Both the position numbers and the translations under genes were made by a program. A DNA stretch of 64,000 nucleotides from the human T2T-CHM13v2.0 reference genome, Homo sapiens, in NCBI RefSeq assembly GCF_009914755.1, contig NC_060947.1; one strand, given 5' to 3'. Below are positions 29,871 through 43,800 of this stretch, one piece after another. How positions within the stretch are numbered: the first letter of the stretch is position 1; the number at the start of each line of letters is the position of its first letter. Under the pieces are notes generated by a model. The model was not told where the DNA came from. It did not search any database and was given only the letters and a program-made list of their open reading frames with translations.

Positions 29871-31559
29871 CTACATAGAAAAAGGACAAGCCATCCTCTG
29901 TCATCCTTTGTGATCATCAGGGATTTCTTTTTTCCTTTGAAAGTAACCTTTGCTGAGAAAACAAGATTGCCAGAAAAAATTTCTTTGGGGAAAAAAAGGA
30001 GGGAGGAGAGGTTTTGAACTTCTGTATAAGGAACTAAATCAATATAAGGTCAAATATAAACAGAGGCCTTTTTCCTCCTGCAAACTAATGAATAAAAGCC
30101 AATGTAATCCTTGCTCCATTGCCCTCTTGGCTTTCTTTAACTTAAGAGAATAAAGTAATAATGTATTTTATGTTTAAAGCATTCATTTTATTCATTGAAT
30201 TTATTTTCATTTTTATTTTCATGTTTACTTCACAATTAAAGTGGGTTTTACATTCTCTTTATTTTGTTCTTTATTCAGCTGAGTATCTAAAATCAATCAC
30301 AGCTATCTGGGTTTTTATGAAAATATAAAATTCTTGTGATTCAGATAGGTTATTTGCCCTTATAGGAACTTAATAATATATGGTCTCATCCTTGCACAAT
30401 AATGTAACATTTCAGATGTAAATACCAATACTAAAAGCAAAATAAAAATATATGAAAAAGTTTCTACTAATTTAAATAGCTTTATTTTTGCAATGTTTAT
30501 ATTTTATTAAATTTTAAAACGTCCAAAAATATTGTCAGGTTTTGCTTTTGTTTTTATGGTCTGTGATATATGGAGCCTCTCTGGCTCACATAGTTTCATG
30601 GGCCTCTTCATTGGCCCGTTTTCCCATGTAGACTTTAACTGCTTCTCATTGGAACTTCACAGAGCCTAACTGATATGTTTGTCCTGTCCACTTTATCAAT
30701 TCAACATGTACAGTCATTGAAGTAAAAAATTAAAGAAGGATAAAGAAAAGGGAGGGAAGTGGTAATTTATTCAATACAGCTCCAAATCCCTTTAATTTAT
30801 TTTAAATCAGCAATCTGGCTACCAAATAATAGCATGGCTTAAAATGTTTCTTGTCAAGTGCAGAGCATTTAATTGTACTTAACAAAATATCTTATTGATC
30901 AGAAATGTTTTTGTATTCCCAGAAACTTCACTATTAAATGCCAGTAAGGAAGACTCATTTAGAGACATGTAAATGTCAGATATAAGAATGGAGTTCTGGA
31001 GATATATACAAAGTGGATTGGTATCTGATCTCTTCTGTGAGATTAACCTCTAGCTCACTATCATTTATACCACTTTTTCTGGCTCTGGGGTTTGGAGACT
31101 GCTGTGGCTGGCTAGAAAGCCCTAAGCAAATTTTTCTATCATTTTACATAATTCCCAGGAAGCAAGGTGATCATATTTCCCAGTCTAAAATAAGGTCTAG
31201 GGATCTGATAAAAGATAGTTTGGTCTACTTTCTGAAAATATTGTTAATACACAAATATATTGTAATTTATGTGATTTTCAATGAAATATGGTGACAGTCC
31301 CCATTTCAAATATTCTATCTTGGAAAATTCATAATAAATGACCTTATTACCAGTAGTACTTCTGTTAATCTGCATAAAATGCATTCAATGAACACACAAT
31401 AAATGTCACACATGATGAAAGTTTGCCTGTGATAGCTTGTTCAATCCTTTCCAACCACAGAGTACATTTTACGACTTCCACTCTACTCTTGATTTTATAG
31501 AGAATGTTCTCATGTAGAGAGGCTAAGTAATTAATTATGTCAATTACCAGTTTTAAGGG

Positions 31560-31740
31560 CAACTTTACTGAGTGCCTGCCATGACTGGTGGTCCTCTTTC
31601 ACATACACTATGCTGCAGGAATTCTGAGTCTAATTTTACAGATGAAAAAAATGAGGCTTCAATAGGTTAAGAATCACATGTAAGGTCACATTGCTGCTTG
31701 TTTAGCCAGAATGTAAACCCAGGTTTATTTGTCTTAATAG
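31560..31740 (-). mobile_element. MIR
   Basis: ttttacagatgaaaaaaatgaggc...aaggtcaca. Confidence 0.7.
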
Positions 31741-32441
31741 CATATGTAGTTGTTGTTACACCTCACTGTCTTCATAAAAGGCATAGTATAGTATAGTTCT
31801 GTATGCAGAAAAATGAACTAGCTTAGGTTATAAGTAATGTTGTTGGATTTAATTGGACACCCATGGCAGTCAGAAAAGGAAGAAAGAAAATAAAAAAAAG
31901 AATGGTCTGGGTAAAAAGGAGATTGAGAAATAGACGGGAAAAAGAGAATAAAAGCATATGTGGACAATTATCACTATAAGTTGTTTCAGGGACACATAAC
32001 ATAGCTGGTAATTTCCTAGTATACCTTTAAGTCCTATAATTCCGTGATATAATTTTCTTTCACTGAACACTAGCATAACAGATGAACTAAATTTCTAATA
32101 GATAACTTCTTTTATTGTGCATACTATGTATAACATGGATGTCTTTTGCATTTCAAAGAGATATTCAAAGGTTGAACAGCAGTGCTCAGAATCAGGAAAA
32201 CTTAGATAAACGCCATAAACATGTTACTCCTATGGCATTTAATGATTCATCCATAACCCTGTAATGGAGAAAGTTAGCTTCTCACACCTGGACAAGTTAT
32301 CTAGTGGAATGAACATTTCTCTCTAAGGGTGATAAGGTTGCACTGATTAACTGAATAGTTGATGGAGATAAAAGAGCTAGTGGAATAAAATCGTTCAATA
32401 CAATTCCCTCTCCAGTTCTTCCTGTTAAAATAAAGTGAATC

Positions 32442-32749
<308 letters not shown>

Positions 32750-33189
32750 AAAATAAAGTAACTCACAAGCATAATGGCAGCCAACCTCTTTTGGAAAGCA
32801 AACGACATATTTTTGAAATCAATAAGTGACCCTGCAGCTAGCAGCACACAATCACCCTCTCATGAACCAAGTTCAGGTGGAACTATTCTTAAAGCACAAC
32901 TAGGAGACCAGGTGGCAGGATTCTCATGCAAAGGTGGAGCACTTCCCACTGAGCAGGCTCTCTGAGTCTCACCACAGGGTGATGGAATAGTATTGTTTGG
33001 TTACTTAATAAGGAGGCTGTAACTGATCCAAACTTGAAATGGCAAAGATATAAACTTCTTTTAAAACCTAAAGAAATAAACCTGAATTGTTAACAAAGTA
33101 AACAATTGCAAGGTGAGGGGAAAAAAAGCCTTTGCCACTGCTTTACTCAACAAATCAGCTTTACTTTCTGAGATGCTCTCAATGCCTAG

Positions 33190-33370
33190 AGCAGTGGTTT
33201 TTAAACAATGCTTTATGTTAGAATTATCTAGTGGTACCTGTTCACACAACAGGTTGTATCAGAAACATCTGGGGATATCTAAGAAATTGATGGAGGGGTG
33301 GTAAGTCTAGTTAATCTACATTTTAAACAACTTTTTTAGGTAATCCTGAGCTAAGCACTGTGAATACCAT
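33190..33370. mobile_element. MER5-like hAT DNA transposon remnant
   Basis: cagtggtttttaaac...aatctacattttaaacaac...taggtaatcctga. Confidence 0.5.
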
Positions 33371-34769
33371 CCTCTGGAAATACTATCTTATAGAAAAAAA
33401 ATCACTTTGCTGGGTTTTTTTATGCCAATTTCCCTCAACCAATAAAACAAAAAAATATGAGGGAGAATTATTTTACTCAACAAACTTATTTCATTTCCAT
33501 AAGTAATTTTCCTGACAGTGCATTGTTGGTAGTTTACTCTTTAGGGAGTGTAGACCTGACTATCTTCAGCTTAAAACAAGAATTAGAGAGCCACATTGGA
33601 TAGCATGATTATTACTGAACTTCTGACATTAAGGTCATTGCACAAACTCAAGTCTTCCCCTGTGTTATTAAATAATGCTGTGTTATAGAAAGACAAGCTT
33701 TTATTCAACCTGTGCTTAGTTTATAATCAAATTTTTGAGTGCTCATTGTGATGAGTTTGCAACCTCATGTAGTGTACTGGAAAGCCTTGGATATTTCTAG
33801 TAAAACTGAGCAAGGAGGACAACATCTCATATATCCTCTGGAAAGAGCACCACATTGAGAATAATTGTGAAATTGTAATAAATTAAATTTCCACAGAGCA
33901 GAATTCCCGCTAGGTCTGTCTCGGGTGCCTTGTATGTTTTCATCAATACTGACATAAACTGAGAACTAAAGTTAAAAGATGGAGGCTATTGCCACTGTTC
34001 AAGGCATGATTTCTCTGGAATGACCCAGCTTTGCTATGCAGCATGGATGAATCTGGGTAGAACATTTAGGAGTAGATTATAAAGTTTGCTCAAAAGGCAT
34101 AAATAGAACACAGCTATAATTATTTTAGGGAAATGCAATGTTTGAGAGCTACATACTAACTCTCAGGGAGTCCACCTCAGCAAGGTTCCCTCTTGTGTTG
34201 GAACAGATTGCTGTGTCTTCTGCTGAGCAGCAGATTAAATAGTTGGATTGCAGTTAGGGACCATACTGCATGGAAAATACATACTGTGAAAAGCAAGAAA
34301 CACATGGAGCATGGTGAGATGTTTGCATTATAAGAAGCATGTTGAAACTTAGACTAACTAAGAGGACAGCAGATCATATGCACCATCTCACAGTCACTCC
34401 AAGAAATATATTCATTGAGTAGAATGCAAGCAGAATTGTTCATTCAATTTAAAGTCTCTATTTTCTAAGTCCAACTCTTCAACAAGGAGCAAATTGCATT
34501 TGTATAGGCACGTAAAAGATTCAACTCCAATATAGAAATGAGGTTATAAATTGAGAAGTTCCTATATGAATGAAATGTTATCTAGTTGAAATTGTATAAA
34601 ATATACATTTATATATTATACAGTAGAGGTGAGGTCAGTTTGATAAAGGGACATGTCCAAGAAGTACGTGGATAATAGAAATCTGAAAGTGCTTTAGTAG
34701 GAAGTCTCTAGTAGAGTCCTATAGAATATTGCCAATTTGCACCTTCTTAAGGTAAATCAAATAGTTTAA

Positions 34770-34900
34770 TTAATGATTGGGATAAAGACATTTAGGGCAT
34801 ATCTGAATGATACGATGCAATCAACATATAAAAATAATTCAATAGGCTACAATAATAAGATGAATATAACAAGATGGAACAAAAAAAGTATAATACTTTG
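34770..34900 (+). mobile_element. Possible L3/CR1 fragment
   Basis: taatgattgggataaagacatttagggcata weakly resembles CR1 RT-region DNA. Confidence 0.3.
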
Positions 34901-34917
34901 TCTTTAAAATCTAGCTG

Positions 34918-35117
34918 AGAGGCATGACTTTTAGAATGATGGAGTGAGGACCCACAGAAATCTACTGCCTCATAAAAGCCATGAGAACATTTATAGCATT
35001 ATAAAAATTAACATTTTTAGAAGTTTGGAAATTAACCAAAGTCTTAGAACAATCTGAAGGAAGTTTACACAAGAAAAACCAATTAAGCCCAGTAAAAACA
35101 AAAAAGTTTGTGGTATT
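34918..35117 (+). mobile_element. L1M (L1M4/L1MB-type) 5' end
   Basis: gacttttagaatgatggagtgaggacc...cataaaagccatgagaaca...tggaaattaaccaaa. Confidence 0.7.
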
Positions 35118-35270
35118 TTTAAAAAAATTATACTTTAAGTTCTGGGGTACATGTGCAGAATGTGCAGTTTTGTTACATAGTTATACATGTGCCATAGTGG
35201 TTTGCTGCACCCATCAACCCGTCACCTACTATCCCTCCCCTAGCCCCCCATCCCCAAACAGGCTCCTGTG
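35118..35270 (-). mobile_element. Short L1PA7-like 3' end
   Basis: ttatactttaagttctggggtacatgtgcagaatgtgcag...gctgcacccatcaacccgtca. Confidence 0.9.
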
Positions 35271-38200
35271 TTCCATAAGCCTAGTGGACTTATGGAATAC
35301 CATAAAGTAAGCAAATATATGCATTATGAAAGTCCCAGGAGGTGAAGAGAGAAATAAAGGAAAGAAAAAGTCATTTGAAGAAATAATAACTGAAAACTAG
35401 GGAAGGAAGTAGACATTCAGGTTCAAGTAGCCCCAATAAATGTCTAATTAGGATGAATACAAAGTCTAAACAGTGACACATTATCATAAAATTGTTAAAA
35501 GTCAACAACAAGGAGAGGATTTTGAAAGCAGCAAGAGAAGAGTGAATAGTTACATACAAGGGAGATATCAGCAGATGCCTCAGCAGAACCTTGCTACTTA
35601 GAAGAGACTTGGATGATATCATCAAAATGCTGAAAGAACAAAACTGCCAAACAAGATCAAAATACTTAGCAAAATTGTCCTTCAAAAGTGAAGAAGAAAT
35701 AAAAACTTTCCAAAATAAACAAAAGCTGAGAGAATTTATTCTAGACCAGCTACACAAGACATGTTAAAGAAAGTTATTCAAGGTGAAACAAAAGGAGACT
35801 AAACAGGACATCAAAAGCATGGGAAAGTATAAAATTACTGCTAAAGGTAAATATGTAGCAATTACAGAATAGTATAATGCTCTAATGGTGGTATTTAAAT
35901 CACTTTTATTTCTAGTATAAAAGACAAAAAGTATTAAAATAACTAGCTATAAAAGCGTGTTAATGTATACACAATGTAAAAACATGCAAGTTGTGACATC
36001 AATAATATATACTGTGTTTATGGTAGACATAAAAGTGTAGAATATTTATATATAATGGAAGTTAACTTGTTATAAGCTTAAAATAGACATATCTATTGTA
36101 GAATTAAAAAAGACTTAACATCTTATAAGATGGTTTATATAAGGCTAATGGCAACCAAAAAGAAAATACATATTAGAAGATAAACACTCAAAAAAGAAAA
36201 AGAATCAAAGCATATTAGTACAAAAGAATCAACATAAAGGAAAGCAGTAAGAGAAGAAAAAAGAGAGAAAAGAGAACTAAAAGACAGAAAATTAACAAAA
36301 TGGCAACTGTAAGTCCTTCCCTATCAATAATTAGTTTATATGTTAAAAAATGAAATTCCACAATTAAAAGATATAAAGTGGGTGAAAGGGTAAAAAAAAA
36401 AGATTCAACTATATACTGTCTAAACAGACTTACTTTAGATTTAAGGACACGCATAAGCCAAAAAAAGGAATAGAAATAAATATTTCATGTCAGTGGTAAC
36501 CAAAAGAGACAAGATTTTCTGCACTTATTTCCAGACGAGAAAGACTTTAACACAAAAACTGTCACAAGAGACAAGAAAGGACATTATATAAAGATAAAAT
36601 GTTTATTTCATCAGGAAACTATAACAATTACAATACATATGCACTCAACATTAGAGGACCTAAATATATAAAGCAAGCATTAACTGAACTGACAAGATAA
36701 ATATAGAAAGCAATATAATAATTGTATAAAACTTCAATATCCTACTTACAATAATGGATAAAATATCCAGACAGAATATCAATAAGAAAACAGTAGGCTT
36801 AAAGTGCTGTAGATAAAATGGACCTAATAGACATGTCTGTAATATGTTGTTTTCTGTCTTATAGCTTTTCTCTCTTTTTTTCCTTCTTTTTCTGTCTTCC
36901 TTTATGTTTTGTCAATTTTTTTTGGTACTAATATACTTTGATTCTTTTTTTTGAATGTTTATCTTCTAATATATATTTTATTTTTGGTTGCCATGAGGCT
37001 TATATAAACCAACAGTAGAATACATATTCTTTCCAAGTGCACACAGATCATTCTCCAAGTAGATTACATGTTAGGCTGCAAAGCAAATCCTACAAAGTTA
37101 AGAAGATTGAGATCATATCAAGTATATTTTTGGAACACAATGAAATAGAACTAAAAATAAATAACCAAAGGAAAGCTTTAAAATTTACAGGTATGAGAAA
37201 TTAAACAACACACTGCTAACCAACCAATGTCTCAAAGAAAACTTTAAAAAAGAAATTGGAAAATATCTTGAAATCATTGCAAATGAAGCACCAGAAACCA
37301 AAACTTAAGAGGCGAGCAAAAGCAGAACTATCAGGGAAGGTCAAAGGGGTAAACATCTATATGAGTAGAGAAAACTTAACTTTACACCTCAAGGAACAAG
37401 ACAAAGAGAACAAACTAAGCCCAAAATTAGCAGAAAGAAAAAAAAAAGAGATTAACAGATTGGAGCAGAAACAAATGAAATAGGTAACAGAAAAACAATA
37501 GATACAAATCAACAAATGTAAGAATGAGAAAAAATGAACAAAATTGACAAGAATTTAGCTGAACTAAGTGAAAAAGGGAATTTTCAAATAAATAAAGGAA
37601 TGAAAAAGGAAACATTACAATTAGTATCACAGAAATAGAAAGGATCATAAGCAAATATTATGAATAATTATACACCGACAAACTGGAAAATCTAGAAGAT
37701 GTGGAAAAATTCTTAGAAATATATGACCTATGAAAACTAAATTATGAAGAAACAGAAAAGCTGAACAGAAAAATAATGAAGAAAGATTAAATCAGTAATA
37801 AAAAACCTCAAAACAAATAGTCCAGGATATGATCTTCTCAATGGAGAATTTGACCACACATATTTAAAGAACTAATATTAATTCTTCTCAAATTATTCCA
37901 AAAAATGAAGAAAAGGTAAAACTTTCAACCTTATTTTATAAGGGGAGCACTACACTGATATCAAAGCCAGACAATGACACTGCAAGAAGACTGCAGACTA
38001 ATATCCCTTATGAATATAGATGCAAAAATCCCCAACAAATACTAGCAAACAAAATCCACTAGCATATTAAAAGAATCATACACCATGACTAACTGGAATT
38101 TTTTTCTGGGATGCAAGAATGGTTCGACATAATCAAAATCAATTAATGTGAGACAACATGTTAACAGAACAAAGGATCAAAGTCACATGATTATCTCAAT

Positions 38201-39497
38201 AGTTGCAGAAAAAAAATTTGACAAAAGTCAACACCTTTCATGATTTAAAAAAATTCCAAAAAACTTCCAAAAAGAATGAAATTAACCTGATAAAGGCAAT
38301 ATATAAAAAGCCCATAACTAAAATACTCAATAATGAGAAGCTGAAAGGTTTTTCTCTAAGATCAGGAGCAAGGCAAGGATGCCTATGCTTGCTATCTCTA
38401 TTTAACATAGCACTGGAAGTCCTAGCTAGAGCAATTAGTCAAGAGAAAGAAATAGAAGGCATACAAATCAGAAAGGAAGAAGTAAAATTTTCTCTATTTG
38501 CAGAAGACATAATTTTATATGCAGAAAATCCTAAAAATTCAACAGAAAAAATCTTAGAAGTAATAAATTTAGCAAAGTTGAAGATACAAAAACAACAGAA
38601 AAATTAGTATCATTTTCATATACTAACAGTGAACACTACAAAAAAGAAATTTAAAAATCAAATTTAAAATATCATAAAATAGAAATAAAACATTTAAGAA
38701 TAAACTTAACCAAGAATATTAAAGACTGGTGCTATGAAAACTACAAAACATTGCTGAAAAAAATTGAAGAGGCTACAAATACATAGAAAGACATCCCATG
38801 TTCATGGATTGGAAAACTTAATATTGCTAAAATGCCCATATTATCCAAAACAACATACAGATTCAATACCATTGCCATAAAAACGTCAAGTTAATTTTTT
38901 ACAGAAATTTTTAAAATCCTAAAATTTGTATGGGACCACAAAAGACCCTGAATATTCAAAGCTCCTTTGAGAAAAAACAACAAAGATGGAGGCATTACAC
39001 TTTTATTTCAAAAAATATTACAAAGCTACAAAAATTAAGATAGTATGGTACTGGCATAAATGCAGACATGTAGACCAATGGAAAGGAATAGATAGCCCAG
39101 AAATAAACCTAGTCATATATGGTCAAATGAGTTTTGACAAGGATACCCAGAATATGTTATGGAGAAAGGATAATCTCTTCAATAGGTGGTGCTGGAAAAC
39201 CTGAATATCCACATGCAAAAGAGTGAAATTGGAACCTTTTCTTACAAAATACACAAAAAACAACTCAAAATAAACTAAAGACTTAAACATGAGACTTGAA
39301 ACTTCAAAACTCTTAGAAGAAAACAGGAGAAAGACTTGTTGCTATTGATATTAGCAATGGTTTCTTTGATATGAGCCCAAAAGCATAGGCAGAAAAAGCA
39401 AATATAAAGTAAGACTACATCAAACTAAGAAGTTTCTGCATAGCAAAGAAAATAGTCCACAAAATAAAAAGGCAAACTATAAAAAGGAAGAAAACAT
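35271..39497 (+). mobile_element. Long L1M (L1MA-type) fragment: ORF1 3' half, inter-ORF region and most of ORF2
   Basis: ORF2 starts at about 36300. ORF 38203-38607 contains [13 protein letters not shown]...[12 protein letters not shown] (RT). ORF 38986-39204 is ORF2. Confidence 0.92.
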
Positions 39498-39499
39498 AT

Positions 39500-39630
39500 T
39501 TATATTTCTTTTTTTGTAGTTTTCAACTTAATAATTTTATTTTTAAAAAACAGATTTAAAATACAATTTATGTACAAGTAACTGCACATATTTAAAATAT
39601 CCAATTTGATAAGTTTTCACATATGTAAAC
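39500..39630 (-). mobile_element. L1M 3' end fragment
   Basis: taactgcacatatttaaaatatccaatttgataagtttt. Confidence 0.6.
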
Positions 39631-39804
39631 AGTAAAAAAAACACAATGGAATTAAAATGGTACACTAGAAAATTTCCAATTAACACAAAAGAAGGCAGTC
39701 ATAGAATAGCAGTGAGAAACAAGATCTAAGACATACAGAAAATAAATAGCAAAATGATGAACACCTTAAAATAATCACATTAAATGTAAATTGATTTAAC
39801 ATAT

Positions 39805-40167
39805 TGATATGGTTTGGCTGTGTCCCTGCCCAAATCTCATCTTGAATTGTAGCTCCCATAATCCCCACATGTCATGGGAGGGACCCAGTGGGAGGTAACT
39901 GAATCATGGGGGCACGTTTTCCTGTGCTGTTTTCATGATAGTGAATAAGTCTCATGAGATCTGATGATTTTATAAAGGGCAGTTCCCCTGCACATACTCT
40001 CTTGCCTGCCACCATAGAAGACACGACTTTGCTCCTCATTCACCTTCTGCCATGATTGTGAGGCCTCCCCAGCCATGTGGAACTCTAAGTCAATTAAACC
40101 TCTTTCCTTTATAAATTACCCAGTCTCAAGTATGTCTTTATTAACAGCATGAGAACAGACTAATAGA
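39805..40167 (+). mobile_element. THE1B-like solo LTR
   Basis: tgatatggtttggctgtgtcc...gagaacagactaataga. Perfect TSD catat (39800-39804 / 40168-40172). Confidence 0.97.
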
Positions 40168-40222
40168 CATATTAATCAAAAGATTGAGATTGGAGAAGAA
40201 TTTAAAAACAAGCAAACAATTT

Positions 40223-40554
<332 letters not shown>

Positions 40555-40571
40555 CTATTTGTAAAGAGACC

Positions 40572-40830
40572 GGGACTTGCATCATTGGTAATCCCTAGTT
40601 CCTAGGCCTTCAGATTTAGACTGAATTACATCATCAGCTTTCCCAGTTCTCCAGCTTGCAGACAATAGATCATGAAACTTCTCAGCCTCTATAATTGTGC
40701 AAGCCAATTCCCACTGTGTGTTTGTGTGTGTGTGTGTGCATACACACATATACACATATATATATATATATACACACACATACACAATACACTTTTTGTT
40801 TTGTTTATCTGGAGAACCTTGACTGATACA
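40572..40830 (+). mobile_element. MLT2B-like 5' LTR (3' half only)
   Basis: ttctccagcttgcagac...ctggagaaccttgactgataca, with an internal TG/CA/TA microsatellite. Confidence 0.88.
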
Positions 40831-43800
40831 GATTTTGATATCAACAGTGGTTTTAGATGAACAGAATTTTAAGGATGAGTTTTCTGAATTGGTTGTGGGG
40901 TTTGTGGCATTGTCTCTCTAGTCTGATTAGATTTAAAGTTGCTATTGTCTCTATTTTCAGTAGTAAAGGGGGAACTGATAGCCCATAGTGTGAAGTATTT
41001 ATAGATATATGCAAAAATCTGTATTGGATACTTCTAATCAATCACTTATAAGAAGCAAGGAACTAAGTAACTCTATATATGACCATTTTTGGAAAACTAA
41101 GGAACATAATGACATTGGACCTTGGTTGGTTGCTTCTAATGCCTCTGGATAAAGTGATGAAAAGAAAGATGAGTTCAGGCATTTGAATTCCCAGCTCAAG
41201 CACTGCACAAATGACCTAAGATCTTCTAAGTATGCACTGGAGGAGAGCCTTATCTCTTGTAGCTGCAAGGCTAAAATTGCCAGAAATCAAACGCAGAAGT
41301 TAATTCTGTGATTGGCTGACTTACAACACAATTTGAACTCTCAGTCTCAAGGGGTGTCTACTATTAAATTGAGAGCATTAGTTGGGAAAAAAATGAGATC
41401 CTGTAAGATGAACTGGGGATGTGTAGGAAGAACCCGATGAAGCTAGGGACATTAAATCCCTAAATTCTGAGGAGTCTTCTTTGCTAATGACAGAGGTCTC
41501 CTCACCCCTATTGAAAGTGGTCTTCCCATTGTCTGTGCAATTGGTGTCCCCATGCTTAGAAAAGTAGCCTCTTCAACTGGCAGAAGTGGCCTCCCCACCT
41601 TCAGAGGCAGCTGCATCCCCACCCACAGTGGTATTGGCCTCTTCACCTCCATCTGAAGGTATTAATCTTGCATTGTCTAAGGAAACAATAATAGCTTTCT
41701 CTGAGGCAGTTACCATGCAAGACAATGCTAATTCTCCTAAGGACCTACCTCTATCACTCCTCTTTGCTTCTATGTCCATAACTGGACTCAAGTCTCAGCA
41801 GGCTCCTAAAGGTGAGGAGGTGTAGTTACTGTAAGGCAGGACATAGTCAAAGCAGCAAGGTGAATATCCTGACTTGGGAAGGTCCATAGCATTTTCCAAT
41901 TAATCATGGTGTTTCTGGAAGTGAAAGAAATAGGAAGTTTACTATATTTTTACTTAATTTGTATAAACAAGAAAGTTCCAGGTCAAATGAAGAGATGTCT
42001 AACTTGAATTATAAAAACAGAGAGTAAAGGCTTCTTAATCAACTCCCACATTGGAACCAGTTTATGTACCTCAAACTCCTTGAATGAAGGGTAGGCTACA
42101 TTCTCTAGAGGAATAACTCTGGTACACTAATGAAAATTTATATTACAAATATTTCTCTCAGCCTTATTCAAAGGGAATTACAGCCTTTTACCAGGGCAAC
42201 TCTGCACTGGGAAAATGAAAATAATCAGATCTTTTAGGGACTACTGGACACTCACGCTGAACTGACACTGACTCCAGGAGACCCAACATATCACTGTGGC
42301 CTTTCAATCAGAATAAGGGCTTATCAAGTTCAGGTGATTAATGGAGTTTGGCTTAGGTCCATCTCACAGTGGGTCCCTGCATCCTTGAACACAACCTGTG
42401 GTTATTTCCCTAGTTCCAGAATGCATACTTGGAGTAGATATGCTTAGAAGCTGGCAGAATCTCTAAATTGACTTTCTGCCCTATGGAGTGAGGGTTATTA
42501 TGGTGGAAAAGGCCAAGAGAAAGCCATTAGAACTGCCTCTACTAGATAAGTAGTAAATCAAAAGCAATACTGTATTCTTAGAGGGATTGCAGAGATTAGT
42601 GCTATCATCAAAGATTTGAAATATGCACCACATTCCCATTTAGCTCTCCTATTTGACCTATGCAGAAGACAAATAGATCTTGAAGAATGACAGTAGATTA
42701 CTGGAAGCTTAACTAAGTGGTAACTCCAATTGCAGCTGCTATACCAGATGTGTTTCTCTTTTCTTTTTTTTTTTTTTTTGCCTAGGAAATTAACACATCC
42801 CCTGGTACCTAATATACAGCTATTGATCTAGAAAATTCCTTTTCTACATTGCTGTTCATAAGGCCTACCAGAGGCAGTTTGCTTTCAGGTGTCATGGCCA
42901 GCAATACATGTTCACTGCCCTACCTCGGGAATATATCAACTTTCCAGCCCAATGTCATAATTTAGTTTTCAAGGATCTTGATCACCTTCCCTTTCACAAG
43001 ATATCACATGGTTTACTATATTGATGACCTTATGTTGATTGAACACAGTGAGTGTGAAGTAGCAAATACTCTAAGACATATGTCAGGGGTTGAGAAATAA
43101 AGCTGACTAAAATTCAAGGGCCTCCTACTTTATTGAAATTTCCAGGGATCCGTTGACATACAGCATGACCAGATATTCCTTCTAAGGTGAAGGATAAGTT
43201 GTTCTATCTGGCTTCTCCTAAAACCACGAATGCACAATGCCTAGTGTGCCTATTTGGATTTTGGAGACAAAATATTCCTCATTTGTGTGTGCTACTCTGA
43301 CTCTTTAACCAAATGACCTAAAAAGCTACTAGTTTTGAGTGGGTCCCAGAATGAAAGAAGGCTCTGAAACAGGTCCCAGGATGCTGTCTGTACAAGCTGC
43401 TCTGCCACTTGGGCCATATAATCCAATGGAGCCAATGGTGCTTGAAATATCAGTGGCAGATAGGGATGCTGTTTGGAAACTTTGGCATGCCCCCATAGAT
43501 TTACCCCATAGGTAAATCACAGCACAAGCCTTTAGAATTTTTGAGCAAGACCCTGCCGTAATCCACAGATAACTTATTCCTATTGAGAGACCACTCTTAG
43601 ACTGCTACTGGGCTTTAGTAGAGACTGAACTCTCCACCATGAATCATCAAGTTACCATGAGATCTGAGCTTCCCATTGTATACTGTGTTATCTGATCCAG
43701 CAAACCATAAAGTTGGGCATGAATAGCAACTTACAGTTATACATGATAATATACATATATACATTCATATACCTGATCAAGCCTGAACAGCTCCTAAAGG

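Noticed and set aside
31365-31562. Protein-like minus ORF (ENILYKIKSRVEVVKCTLWLERIEQAITG)
   Set aside because: Non-ATG start, weak acceptor, no GT donor and no recognised homology.
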